From the NCBI GenBank assembly GCA_050290185.1, contig JBNKHE010000001.1, positions 546,713-610,712 on the forward strand: DNA of 64,000 bases. Direction: 5' to 3'. Both the position numbers and the translations under genes were made by a program. Numbering within the stretch: position 1 is the stretch's first letter; every line of letters starts with the position of its first letter. The notes beneath the pieces are model-generated. The model made no database searches, had not been told where the DNA came from, and saw only the letters and a list, made by a program, of their open reading frames with translations. Below are positions 10,891 to 20,451 of this stretch, one piece after another. Source of the stretch: Pontiella sp. (lineage in GTDB: Bacteria; Verrucomicrobiota; Kiritimatiellia; Kiritimatiellales; Pontiellaceae).

Positions 10891-13755
10891 TTAGAAGCGG
10901 TGAATGAAAGTACCACTCACAATGAAGGCATCATAACCTTCTGTGCCAAAGGTTCCATCTATATCCAGCCCGATTTCGGTCGTATCATCAGCCCACTTGG
11001 TTAATCGAACCCCCGTGCCCACAGTCACAAGATCCTCCTCACGCGCCATCGGAGTTGCGCCAATCGTGGTGCCTCCCAGCGTGTAGGTTTCATTATCCAT
11101 TTCAGCATTAAACTCGTGCAACCAGTGAGCACGCACTTCAGGTTGCAGACCCATTTCCCAGGTATACATGTCAACCTTCTGAATCATAGAGAGCGTTGCT
11201 CCGACTTTAGCCAAATGCGACCATTGGTCATAAGAATTATAATCCAGATCCGGAACGCCTGATAGCGAAGAGGACTCTGTGTAGCTCTCGCGGTTATACA
11301 GCGTATTCAAGATGGATGCTTCCGGGGTAAACAAAATGCGATCCATCAGCGAAATGGCATACCCAGCACCGATATACAGACCGAGCGTATGAGCATTGAA
11401 ATCGCCCTTATATCCCATGGTGCTGTATTCTGTGCTCACTGAGTTGAAGGCATAACTTGCGTTCGCATCGAAATAAGCCTTTTCACCATGAGTCGAAAAA
11501 TAAGCCATTACATTTCCTGTATCTGCAAGGGCATCCTTGTTCGCATATCCCTTAAGTTGGGTGCGGGCATAACCACCACCGATACCTACCAGCATATTGT
11601 CTACTCTTTTATCCAAGCCAACCATCGCGCCACCAATATCCGCTTCATAGCCCGCAAAGCCAGCCGTATTATCCTGTTCAACGTGGGAGCCATATCCCCG
11701 GCCCCAACCCTGCCAGTCTACCGGAAGACCGGTGGTTGCATCCATGCTTACATCCGGAACAACACCATGGACCCAAGTTTTCACCTTGTCGTAGTTATAC
11801 TCGTTTTCAATGCGATCCGAGAATGTCCGAATACCATCAAGACTTACCTTGGACTCCATCCGGTCAGAGAATGTCCGCAACGGCTGCCAACCTGCGGCAC
11901 CTGCGGGTGATGATGTGCTTGGGTACCCAACACCATCGTAGTACATCTTCGAACGCGTACGATGCTTAACCTGATCGGAAATCACCGACTGAAGCCCCAC
12001 CAGCGTACTAGCCATTTCGGTAGTCCGGACATAAGTATTTTTCATCAGGGCTTCGCCTGCCTGCGCGTCATTGGCCAGATCCTTGACCACATTGTAACCG
12101 TCCGATCCCGGCGTAAGAATCGAGGAGAGTGCTGCCATCGCCTTGCCAAATTCCGTAGACGTTTCACCTGCAACGCCTAATGCCACATCAAGCGATGATT
12201 CAGCGTAAGTCGCTTGGAGTATGCCGCCATTGACTTCCAAAGCGCTCACCCCGCCCAGCCAGCCAGCAGAGCCTCCCGGCGCAATCAGGGTTATATCCTG
12301 AAGACTCATGTTGTTAATAATAGCTCCAGTCCCCGTCACCGACGCCAGATTGAACTTGTCATTCGAATTAACAACCGTGTTGCCAGCATCAACAATCCAT
12401 TCCGTACCGTTGCCAAAGTTTAACACACCACTTGAGGAGGTGATGTTACCTCCGGAGATCTCTGTACCGTTTATTTGCGTATAGGTTCCGCTGATCGTGC
12501 TTCCGGAAGCAGTTGTCAATCCCGAGTCAAAATTAGCTACGGCAGTCGGGGAATCTCCCAGTGTTAACTCGTACCCATCCTGCAGATTCAATGTCTTATT
12601 GAAATTCATTGTGCCGTCAGAAATCAACGTATTCTGGAAATGAACAGCATCCCAATCATCTACATTTACGATACCGCCCGTTTGCCGTATGACACCATCG
12701 ATTGCAGTTCCATGAATGGAAAATGTGTTTGTTCCTGCGCCCGAAAACAACAAATCGCCGATTAGCTGCCCGCCAGAGAGGTTAACCGTGGATCCTTGAA
12801 TCTCGAGACTTGCACCATCCTGGCCAGCAGCTCCATTGACAGTTCCGCCAGCCCCCCCGGTAAGGGTTGCGTCAATAATGATCGCATCAGCCGTATCCAC
12901 CAGCTTCAGACCGGCTCCTCCGGTTGCTGTAGATTGTACTGAACCGATGGCTTTCCCGCCATTACCGCCAAATAATATGGAATTTGAAATAACCAATGAA
13001 CCACTGACATCGCTGGCAAATAAGCCAGCACCACCATTCGCGGTGGCAACGCCCGACCCGTTGTCGGCATCCCCCCCCGCTCCACCAATGAGTTCGCTTC
13101 CAACGACCGAGTGGGCTATCGTCGTTTCAAGCAGGTTGACCCCGCTTCCTCCATCCGCAGAAGAACTGGATGTACCAGACGTAGTAGCAGACCCTCCATG
13201 TCCCCCTTTGGCATATACATTGGTCAATGAGAGGGAGCCCTTAACAACTTCTATTCCGGCGCCACCCTCGACAGTAACTGCGAAAGAACCGCTTGCCGAA
13301 GAAACTATTCCCCCTTCACCTCCGTAAAAGCTGGAATCTGTAGAATGAAGCTCGCCCCTGGCCGTAGCATAACCTTGTCCACCGCTGGCAACAACATTGT
13401 CTGTAAGGCCATCGAAAATGGAAACAGTTCCTCCCAATCCCCCTTGCAGAACCGATGAATCAACAAAAATATTTCGATCATAAGGAGCAATTCCAATCAG
13501 TCTTGCCCTTAGTCCGGCGCCGCCGAAAACGGAGGCCGAGTCAGATAGATTGGTGGTCACCGAGAGGGCGTTTCCTCCCGTCAAAGTCGATCCACTGACG
13601 TAGTGCGGACCGACCCCGTCAGATTTAAGAATCAAAACCCCATTATCTCCAGGAAGCCCGTCTGCTCCCACAATATTCGTGTTGGTTATATCGACGGCAA
13701 AGCCGGACGAAAGCGAAGCTAAAATTACGGAAAAAACAAGAGCTGTCCTATTCAT
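10891..13755 (-). CDS. Autotransporter (type Va) with a Gly-rich passenger
   Basis: Signal peptide MNRTALVFSVILASLSSGFA, repeated GGxGG passenger, C-terminal barrel ('WGRGYGS', 'RAHWLHEF', terminal F). Confidence 0.85.
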   Translation of the reverse strand: MNRTALVFSVILASLSSGFAVDITNTNIVGADGLPGDNGVLILKSDGVGPHYVSGSTLTGGNALSVTTNLSDSASVFGGAGLRARLIGIAPYDRNIFVDSSVLQGGLGGTVSIFDGLTDNVVASGGQGYATARGELHSTDSSFYGGEGGIVSSASGSFAVTVEGGAGIEVVKGSLSLTNVYAKGGHGGSATTSGTSSSSADGGSGVNLLETTIAHSVVGSELIGGAGGDADNGSGVATANGGAGLFASDVSGSLVISNSILFGGNGGKAIGSVQSTATGGAGLKLVDTADAIIIDATLTGGAGGTVNGAAGQDGASLEIQGSTVNLSGGQLIGDLLFSGAGTNTFSIHGTAIDGVIRQTGGIVNVDDWDAVHFQNTLISDGTMNFNKTLNLQDGYELTLGDSPTAVANFDSGLTTASGSTISGTYTQINGTEISGGNITSSSGVLNFGNGTEWIVDAGNTVVNSNDKFNLASVTGTGAIINNMSLQDITLIAPGGSAGWLGGVSALEVNGGILQATYAESSLDVALGVAGETSTEFGKAMAALSSILTPGSDGYNVVKDLANDAQAGEALMKNTYVRTTEMASTLVGLQSVISDQVKHRTRSKMYYDGVGYPSTSSPAGAAGWQPLRTFSDRMESKVSLDGIRTFSDRIENEYNYDKVKTWVHGVVPDVSMDATTGLPVDWQGWGRGYGSHVEQDNTAGFAGYEADIGGAMVGLDKRVDNMLVGIGGGYARTQLKGYANKDALADTGNVMAYFSTHGEKAYFDANASYAFNSVSTEYSTMGYKGDFNAHTLGLYIGAGYAISLMDRILFTPEASILNTLYNRESYTESSSLSGVPDLDYNSYDQWSHLAKVGATLSMIQKVDMYTWEMGLQPEVRAHWLHEFNAEMDNETYTLGGTTIGATPMAREEDLVTVGTGVRLTKWADDTTEIGLDIDGTFGTEGYDAFIVSGTFIHRF

Positions 13756-14145
13756 TATTCCCCCTCGGAAAGTTTGGATTACGTCACAACGCAATAAGCT
13801 CCCATAAACCACGATTGTTGTCATGCGGAAAGTGGGGAAAAACGCGTACCATCGTTTTACAGCTGATAAATGTTTGCTGCTTAGTTGTCAGAAAAACAGA
13901 AGGTCGATTTCCAAATATCAGAGAGCAGAAGCCAGACGACCCGCACACTCGAATAAGCAGTTTATTGAGCTGACGTTTCATGCAGAAAATACCCGTCATG
14001 CGCAGCAACATCGCGTACATAGAACCGCATCGATCGATTTTGAGCACAGCACCGCTGCACAGTCCACGCAATAATGATGCGCACTGGTGAACACGCACAC
14101 CAACAGAACGTTTCGAAGCAATGTAGATCAACCGGCAGGTTGCTT

Positions 14146-14547
14146 ATGGAAAATCAGATTCAACCGGATGACTTCAAAGAAGTCTTGAAATTGCCAACCG
14201 CCACTCCGCTGCCCGGCAGTTATGCCGAAGGCTATCACGGCCACCCGCGCACCACGACCGACATGAATGTCCGGGCGGCCATGAATCCCAGCAACGCCGA
14301 AAACGGGTTGATGTCTTTCACGACCGCGGCATGCACACCACCTTTCCTATTCATGAAGCAGGGCAACATCGTCCGGATGGGTATTTCTCCGGTGCGAATC
14401 GAGCTGCCAAACGAAATCGACGGCATGGAGTCCAATAACTGTTACCGCGCAGCCAGTCGATTAAAACCAATGGAATCCCGGTTAAAAAAAATCAACCTGT
14501 CCTATTTACGGAACACAAACACGTATCGAGCCATTTCAAGAACATGA
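14146..14547 (+). pseudogene. Degenerate nucleotidyltransferase-family (DUF6036-like) gene
   Basis: 'PDDFKEVLKL..GSYAEGYHGHPRTTTDMNV...NAE...IVRMGISPVRIEL.NEIDG...CY' resembles the family pattern GGYAV.YHG.PR.T.D.D, but with internal deletions and the second Asp changed to Asn. Confidence 0.6.
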
Positions 14548-15022
14548 CGATCAGGAACATCTTCCAAAAAACGGAATAATACCCATTATTTGGTATCACG
14601 ATTTTTCAGGCAAGCCGGAAGGGTTGCGATACGCAATGCAGCCATCTAGTCTGCAACAGCAACAATCGCCAACCCGTTCCACATACGAAATCACTACAGC
14701 CAGCAACGCTCCGGCAACGCCGCAACCCACCCTGAACCACACAGATAAATAACGATGGACATCGGACGAATGGACCAGCCAGCGAGCACGAAAATCTCCG
14801 ACGCTGTGCACGAGAAAAAGTGAACGCCTACCGTGCTGGAGCAACGGAGATCGCTGAGGCTTGTATAAGAGATGATATGCATGGAATTAGACCGAAAGGC
14901 ATGGGTTGAAAGCGTCGGGTAAAACAACTCCGATATTCCGTTTGCTCTACACGAGATGAATTTCATGCCTGCCACACTGGAGTAACAAAGACAACGGAGG
15001 TGATTAGCGGAAATCTGCCCGG

Positions 15023-15085
15023 GTAGCGGGCCAAGGCGCGCTGGAGGTCGAACGACGGAACGCCCGCTGAAGGCAACGGACCTAC
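15023..15085. repeat. GTAG-type REP doublet in inverted orientation
   Basis: + strand GTAG-CGGGCCAAGGCGCG; - strand GTAG-GTCCGTTG-CCTT-CAGCGGGC hairpin. Confidence 0.5.
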
Positions 15086-15231
15086 ATCAACGATAATCCC
15101 AAAGTCAGCAACCACTGTCTCTCATCCGCTACGCGGAATGGACGGCGAGGCGAACCGTTCCACTCCGTTGGATTTTTTGACCAAAAATTATCGTCAGATG
15201 CTACGGATGGCATGTGGACGACCCCCACAAT

Positions 15232-15259
15232 AAAAAAGCCGCCCCGAAGGACGGCTTTT
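15232..15259 (-). terminator. Intrinsic terminator of the PEP-CTERM operon
   Basis: AAAAAAGCCG-CCCCGAAGGA-CGGCTTTT. Confidence 0.75.
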
Positions 15260-15282
15260 ATCACTCTTGCCAATTCGACGAA

Positions 15283-15876
15283 TTAGCGTCGAGCTTTCTT
15301 ACGAGCCAGGAACATCCCGAGGCCTGCAACACCCATCAGACCGATGGTAGCCGGTTCAGGAACAACTTGAACCCAATCCTGTGTACCCATTGCAATAAGG
15401 GACTCAGAAGTATCAACTCCAAGCGTAGGAACATACCCTACGGCCGGGTCAAAAGCACCTACATTGGCAGGCGTAACGTCAACGATCATGGCCCATGACG
15501 AGTCAGCGTTCACCAGAACCGTGTAAACATCGGTTCCGTCTGGCACAGAAACAGATGGAGTAAGTGTAATTGCGGTCTGTTGGCCGATGCCGGCATCTTT
15601 GATGAAGATTGGCGAACTTGCCAGTGCCGAACCAGTCACAGCCGACAAATCTACCAGACTCATGCCGTCCTGAATTAATGGATTAAAGGTCGAGCTATTG
15701 ATCAAATAAGCCGTAAAAGCAGACGTAAACTGACCTCCAGTATCGCCGTCACCATCCGTGTATTCGTAGACTCCGCCCCCGGCTCCTTGCTTGAAGTTAC
15801 CGCCCCAGTTAATCAGACTGGCGTGAGCCATGCCCGACACGGCGACAACCGCCAATACTGCCATTGTTTTCTTCAT
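15283..15876 (-). CDS. PEP-CTERM sorting-domain surface protein
   Basis: Signal peptide; C-terminal VPEPATIGLMGVAGLGMFLARKKARR (VPEP, TM helix, basic tail); AGGAG RBS. Confidence 0.93.
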   Translation of the reverse strand: MKKTMAVLAVVAVSGMAHASLINWGGNFKQGAGGGVYEYTDGDGDTGGQFTSAFTAYLINSSTFNPLIQDGMSLVDLSAVTGSALASSPIFIKDAGIGQQTAITLTPSVSVPDGTDVYTVLVNADSSWAMIVDVTPANVGAFDPAVGYVPTLGVDTSESLIAMGTQDWVQVVPEPATIGLMGVAGLGMFLARKKARR

Positions 15877-15927
15877 TTCATTCTCCTTGTTGACTATTTC
15901 TTATCTAACACACTCTGCTCGATATGA

Positions 15928-16737
15928 TCAGGGGGTGAAGTTACGGTTGATCACCCATTCAAATCCGCTTGTGGCTTTATACCAAAACCCCTGACCCACC
16001 GGAATCACCGTGTCATTTGCATAATTCGCTGTACCGAACTGGCTTGCTTCCTGCCAGCCATCCAAATAGGCGTAGCTCGAACCATAGGTCCCGGAGGCAT
16101 CATAATAGACGTAGGTGGCGTAAGCCTGTGTAGAGGTATCCCATACTATAATCTGGTCACTGGCGTTTGCGTTGAACAGGTCGCCAGAAGGCAGAGTTCC
16201 AAACATTGTACCGAGGGTATTTGCGGTAGCATACGGGTTGGAAAGCTGCTGCAGGCCTACTACAACTGTATTCGTAACCGTTGCGTCCGTCTTAACTTCA
16301 CCCAACGTCATTAAAGTTGAGGCTGTCGACCCCGAGCCTTTGAACCAGAATGCCGATCCTGCGGGCAGAGTGGGATTCGCATAATTCGCGGTTCCGAACT
16401 GGCTCGCTTCCTGCCAGCCATCCAAATAGGCATAGCTCGAACCATAGGTTCCAGATGCATCATAATAGACGTAGGTGCTGTAACTCTGTGATCCGGCATT
16501 CCATGCAATCACCTGATCACTGGCATTTGCATTGAACAGATCGCCCTCGAATTGAGCTGGAGGAAACAGTTCGTTCAGCTTCTGACTTGTCGAAATAAAC
16601 GATACACCCACCATGTTGAGATCACCATTGGCCGGCTTAGTCACCTTAGAATAACCCACGATATTAGCGCTGTAGACTTGAGCGGAAACGATCCCCGCGC
16701 AGGCCACCACAGCCGCTGTCATTACTAGCTTTTTCAT
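15928..16737 (-). CDS. Secreted protein with an internal tandem domain duplication ('VYSANIVGY' type)
   Basis: Signal peptide; AAGGAG RBS; two repeats 120 codons apart. Confidence 0.85.
   Translation of the reverse strand: MKKLVMTAAVVACAGIVSAQVYSANIVGYSKVTKPANGDLNMVGVSFISTSQKLNELFPPAQFEGDLFNANASDQVIAWNAGSQSYSTYVYYDASGTYGSSYAYLDGWQEASQFGTANYANPTLPAGSAFWFKGSGSTASTLMTLGEVKTDATVTNTVVVGLQQLSNPYATANTLGTMFGTLPSGDLFNANASDQIIVWDTSTQAYATYVYYDASGTYGSSYAYLDGWQEASQFGTANYANDTVIPVGQGFWYKATSGFEWVINRNFTP
16019..16545. repeat. Intragenic direct repeat (about 165 bp, 360 bp period)
   Basis: About 16019-16185 versus 16379-16545; both encode GDLFNANASDQ and TYVYYDASGTYGSSYAYLDGWQEASQFGTANYAN. Confidence 0.9.
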
Positions 16738-17113
16738 ACTTTACTCCTTCGTTATAAGTGAACCCATTCCACTTAGCATTTGATTTAATACACCTTCATC
16801 CGTTGCCACGCAACTGAATTTTATTTGTTTACACCTTACATTCCCCTGCTCATATAAGGCCATCAGCCCTAGACTCAGCCTATATCCAGCATATCCTTGT
16901 ACCTCATCTGGAGAATGCAACATTGAAAGCAGTCACCTGACTCCGGCGTTTTCAATAGGCCGAAAACGAACCCATTCCGCCTTCATACCTACTGTAAACC
17001 TACGCATATTTATCCACAGGACCGTCAAAAAAGCAAGTTAATGTTTGGTAAGAACCGGCGGGATTCACTGCAGGAAGACTGCATATCAAACTGTCCGACT
17101 ATTTCTTCACCAC

Positions 17114-17432
17114 TCATGCAGCCAGCTCTCGAATGAACCTTTCCTCTGCGGTTTAAAAATCCAAAATCTTCCGTGGGTAGATCCAGCCCTCGATCACCTG
17201 GGTTTGCTTCCGGGTAAACTTCGCGATGTTGCACCCCTTGGGAATGAAGCGCGGAACAATACGGTTGGCGCTCTCATTGCTTTCCCGCTCCCTGCTCAAG
17301 TACGGAAGGGCGTAGTAAATGCAGGTGCGCCACCGCTCACGGAACGTTCAAGGGGCTTCGTAAGCCAAAAACTTGCTGCCGTTGTTTACCGTGACGCTTT
17401 TGAAGACCGCGCGGAAGGCCTCCCACCTTTTC
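17114..17432 (-). mobile_element. IS30-family transposase C-terminal remnant (pseudogene)
   Basis: Manual translation FKSVTVNNGSKF..*..IYYALPYLSRERESNESANRIVPRFIPKG...IEGWIYPRKILDF* matches the IS30 pattern (T.DNG.EF, Y.A.PY..WERG.NE..N, PRK.L) with in-frame stops. Confidence 0.8.
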
Positions 17433-17658
17433 TGGCGTTCGGTGGCGTTAAGAGCCCGGCGATGTTCCTTTTCTGATGTTTGGTCGCAAAAGAAAAAGTG
17501 CATTCCGGCGTGGGTCTTTTTGCTTCGACCGGGCAGTTTAATTTATAGTCTATCGCAGAATTAACTGCTGCGCTTTAGAGATTCTAGGTATTTGGTTTTA
17601 TCTTTGCAAAATGAAGCTGAACACATCTACCCTAAACCTGCTCTAGCTGAATGATTTT

Positions 17659-17729
17659 AACCACGAAATACACGAGCCCCCCCCTCTATTCCTAATTATT
17701 TTTTCGTATGGTTCATGTATTCCTTGGTT
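17659..17729. repeat. Palindromic dispersed repeat (AACCACGAAATACACGA family), copy 1
   Basis: Left arm AACCACGAAATACACGA; right arm TTTTCGTATGGTTCATGTATTCCTTGGTT; related copy at 62725-62800. Confidence 0.7.
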
Positions 17730-18099
17730 CATATCCTTGCTAAGGAGCCGCATAGATATGGCAACTCACTCAGGGAATTTGTTTAGTCTCAAAAAGCACA
17801 CGCATAGTGGGATCTGGAAGGAAGAGACGGTAGTGCAGCAACCATAAGTCTCGAGGAAGGAAACTCTTCGTATTGAGCTTTTACCACTCCGCAAAGGTTT
17901 TACTTTTCTGGAAAGGTTTTGAACACCTTCGGTCGCCTAAACAGATCGTATACGAGTTAAATAATGGTCGTATCAATGGTTGAGATACGCATGGATGACA
18001 CCTTATGTCATTGAACGAGCTTTATTCCGCATGGATTATTCGAGTCCATTATTGCTCTGCCAACCCGGTGTTCGATCAGGCACGACACCCGATCGAGGA

Positions 18100-19113
18100 T
18101 CAATCTAAAGCGGACAGCCGTTCGGCAATTTCTTCCAGCAAGGCCTGCTGATAGCTTCTGCGGGCGAGGTCTTCCGGCTCGCAGTGCATCATGACCTCGT
18201 GCTTGAGCTCCTTGTTGATGCGGTCGTATTGGTGAATGAGCTCCGGAGTAAAAACCAGCGGCTCGGTGATGGGGGTCACTTCCGGTGTATAGCCCATCTG
18301 CTTCATCGTATCCCCGACCACGGATTCAACAATATGGATTTGATCAAAAGAAAGCCCTTTGCGGAACTGGCCGATCCGCGAACTCATGATCGGTTTTCCG
18401 ACGTTTTCCCACAACTTGCTGGCATGCGCCGCCTCCCAGGCAGCCCGGCTGTGATAGAATTCCTGCTGGGCCGCGCAGTAGTCCAATCCCATAAAGGCCA
18501 TCAGTTTATTCAGTTCCCGCACGGAATCAGTCACCAAAGCTTCGTAACTCAACGAATAAAAGCGCTCGGAACCAACCAGTTCTCTGGCTTCCAGACACAA
18601 TCGCTGCAGTTCCGCCCATCTTTTAGCAATGAAGTAAGGGTGCTTCTCCCCCACCACCGCTTTGGTGAACGAGAGACACACGTCACGAGGGTCCCGGTAG
18701 AGATAGATGTACAACGGATCCTCGAAATAGCGCTCCAGATCATCGACCCAGCGTACATTCTGCATGCTCTTGCAAATCCAATGATCCGCGTGCTCGGCTT
18801 CCGCATACAAGTCCATCACAGCCCCATAGACGGCGACCACACTGCGTTCACGGCACTGCTGGAATATTTTATCTTCATCCAGTTCGACCGCATCCCACGG
18901 CACAGGGTTGCGATGGATGAGTTCGCACACGTCTTCGATCAACTGCATAAAGACCGCATCGTCATTGAGATCACCATACCCATGCCTCAGCGGCATCATA
19001 CGTTGCAGGATATGCGGGGGATGCGGCGCCGTAACCCGAGGGTGCTGTTCAAGCATCAGGCGCAACAGGTTGGAACCCGAACGCTGTTCCCCTATCATGA
19101 ATACTGCTTTCAT
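18100..19113 (-). CDS. PAPS-dependent sulfotransferase family protein
   Basis: 5'-PSB loop 'GEQRSGSNLL', 3'-PB 'YRDPRDVCLS', 'YEALV'. Start trimmed to MKAVFMIG. Confidence 0.88.
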   Translation of the reverse strand: MKAVFMIGEQRSGSNLLRLMLEQHPRVTAPHPPHILQRMMPLRHGYGDLNDDAVFMQLIEDVCELIHRNPVPWDAVELDEDKIFQQCRERSVVAVYGAVMDLYAEAEHADHWICKSMQNVRWVDDLERYFEDPLYIYLYRDPRDVCLSFTKAVVGEKHPYFIAKRWAELQRLCLEARELVGSERFYSLSYEALVTDSVRELNKLMAFMGLDYCAAQQEFYHSRAAWEAAHASKLWENVGKPIMSSRIGQFRKGLSFDQIHIVESVVGDTMKQMGYTPEVTPITEPLVFTPELIHQYDRINKELKHEVMMHCEPEDLARRSYQQALLEEIAERLSALD

Positions 19114-19139
19114 AACCGCTCTCTTCCCTATTTCATGGT

Positions 19140-20411
19140 TTATCCAAAAAAGAAACCGATCACCCCGGCAACGGGAATGATCCAAATAATGTCCACCTTG
19201 TATCTGAATTGTGCCGTAAACGACAGCAAGAAGACAGCCAACACCATGGCCGTCGCTGCCCAGGAGCCTTCCCCATGCGGCCAAGCCAGCCGGAAAATGC
19301 TGATAAAAGCCCCGAAAATGAGGCCGATTACCGCCACTCGGATCCCTTTCAAGGCCGCCTGCAGCATTTTAGAACGCTTCATTTCCTCCAGCATGCCGGC
19401 CAGCAGGACCATCAGTGTGGCGGGAGGGGCAAATATTGCCACTGTGGAAAGCAACGCACCGGGAATGCCAGCCACCTTTTGCCCGATGAACAAGGCGCTG
19501 ATCAAAATAGGCCCCGGGGTAATCTGCCCTAGGGCGATCCCGTCGATAAATTCCTTCGAAGTCAACCAACCAAAATGATCGACGACTACCTCCTGTATCA
19601 TGGGAATGAAGACATAGCCGCCCCCGAAGAGCGTCAGGCTCATGCTACTGAAGGTGGTTATCAGTGCGACCAAGCCGTTTTGATCGCCCGGACAGGGCAC
19701 AATGCCCAGCAGGGCCACGCATCCAAGCAGGGAAAAACCTACCATACGGCATCTTTGCAACGACTTACAAACTTTCGGCGCGACCTCCGGCAGCGTTTCG
19801 TCCGCCGGCACCTGCGCCGAACCTTCGTGATGCCGGGATGAAAACCGGTAGAACAGAAAACCGGCTACGCCGTACAAGGCCACCAAACCAAACGTGGCGT
19901 AGGCGCGAACCGCCTTCGGCAGGAATAAAAGCAGTATCACGACGAGGGCACACGCTGCCAGCGCTCCGCGCGATTTCAGGTTCTTACCGCCCATCTTCAG
20001 GCAGACATTCAGGACGATGGCGGCCACGGCCGGCAGGATGCCCGCGAAGATCCGTTCGACCGTCGGCAGAGTGCCGTATAGAAAATATAAGTGGGTCAGC
20101 ACGATCATCAGGAGCGTGGTGGGCAACAGCACCGCAAACGCACAGACCAGAGCCCCAAGCCCGCCGCGCAGGCGATATCCTACGTAGGCCACCGTGTTTA
20201 CCGCCATCGGACCGGGCAACAGGTTGGCCAGCGCAATGCCGTCGAGCATGTCCCCCTCGGACAGCCATTTGCGCTTTTCAACCACCTGGCTTTCAATCAT
20301 CGACACCAGCGACATGAAGCCGCCGAATGAAACGCATCCGATCTTCAGGAAACATGAGAAAAGAGATGGTAAGGATGGGGATGCCACGATGGCAAGGCTC
20401 CTCTCAGCCAA
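19140..20411 (-). CDS. chrA: Chromate ion transporter (CHR) family, long two-domain form
   Basis: Two CHR halves: 'GCVSFGG...ANLLPGP' and 'TLFGGGYV...GQITPGP'. TTG start uncertain. Confidence 0.9.
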   Translation of the reverse strand: MAERSLAIVASPSLPSLFSCFLKIGCVSFGGFMSLVSMIESQVVEKRKWLSEGDMLDGIALANLLPGPMAVNTVAYVGYRLRGGLGALVCAFAVLLPTTLLMIVLTHLYFLYGTLPTVERIFAGILPAVAAIVLNVCLKMGGKNLKSRGALAACALVVILLLFLPKAVRAYATFGLVALYGVAGFLFYRFSSRHHEGSAQVPADETLPEVAPKVCKSLQRCRMVGFSLLGCVALLGIVPCPGDQNGLVALITTFSSMSLTLFGGGYVFIPMIQEVVVDHFGWLTSKEFIDGIALGQITPGPILISALFIGQKVAGIPGALLSTVAIFAPPATLMVLLAGMLEEMKRSKMLQAALKGIRVAVIGLIFGAFISIFRLAWPHGEGSWAATAMVLAVFLLSFTAQFRYKVDIIWIIPVAGVIGFFFG

Positions 20412-20451
20412 CTTGCATCAACAAGATGCCTGCGGCAAATCTTGGTGTCTT

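Noticed and set aside
16019..16545. Direct repeat as a DGR TR/VR pair or CRISPR
   Set aside because: Only two copies, both in frame inside one CDS, with synonymous differences in the core; no spacers or cas genes.
16848..16865. Possible sigma-54 promoter (TGGC-N9-GC) upstream of the PEP-CTERM operon
   Set aside because: GG-N10-GC spacing is right, but the flanks (TGGCCTT, GAGC) match the TGGCACG/TTGC consensus poorly.
17010..17018. Perfect DnaA box TTATCCACA (another inside the kinase gene near 51989)
   Set aside because: Isolated single boxes with no cluster, no adjacent dnaA and no clear unwinding element.
17730..18099. AT-richer stretch downstream of the sulfotransferase
   Set aside because: Only short ORFs and no structure I can support.
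18184..19578. 464-aa + strand ORF
   Set aside because: Antisense to the sulfotransferase and chrA genes, which carry clear family motifs.
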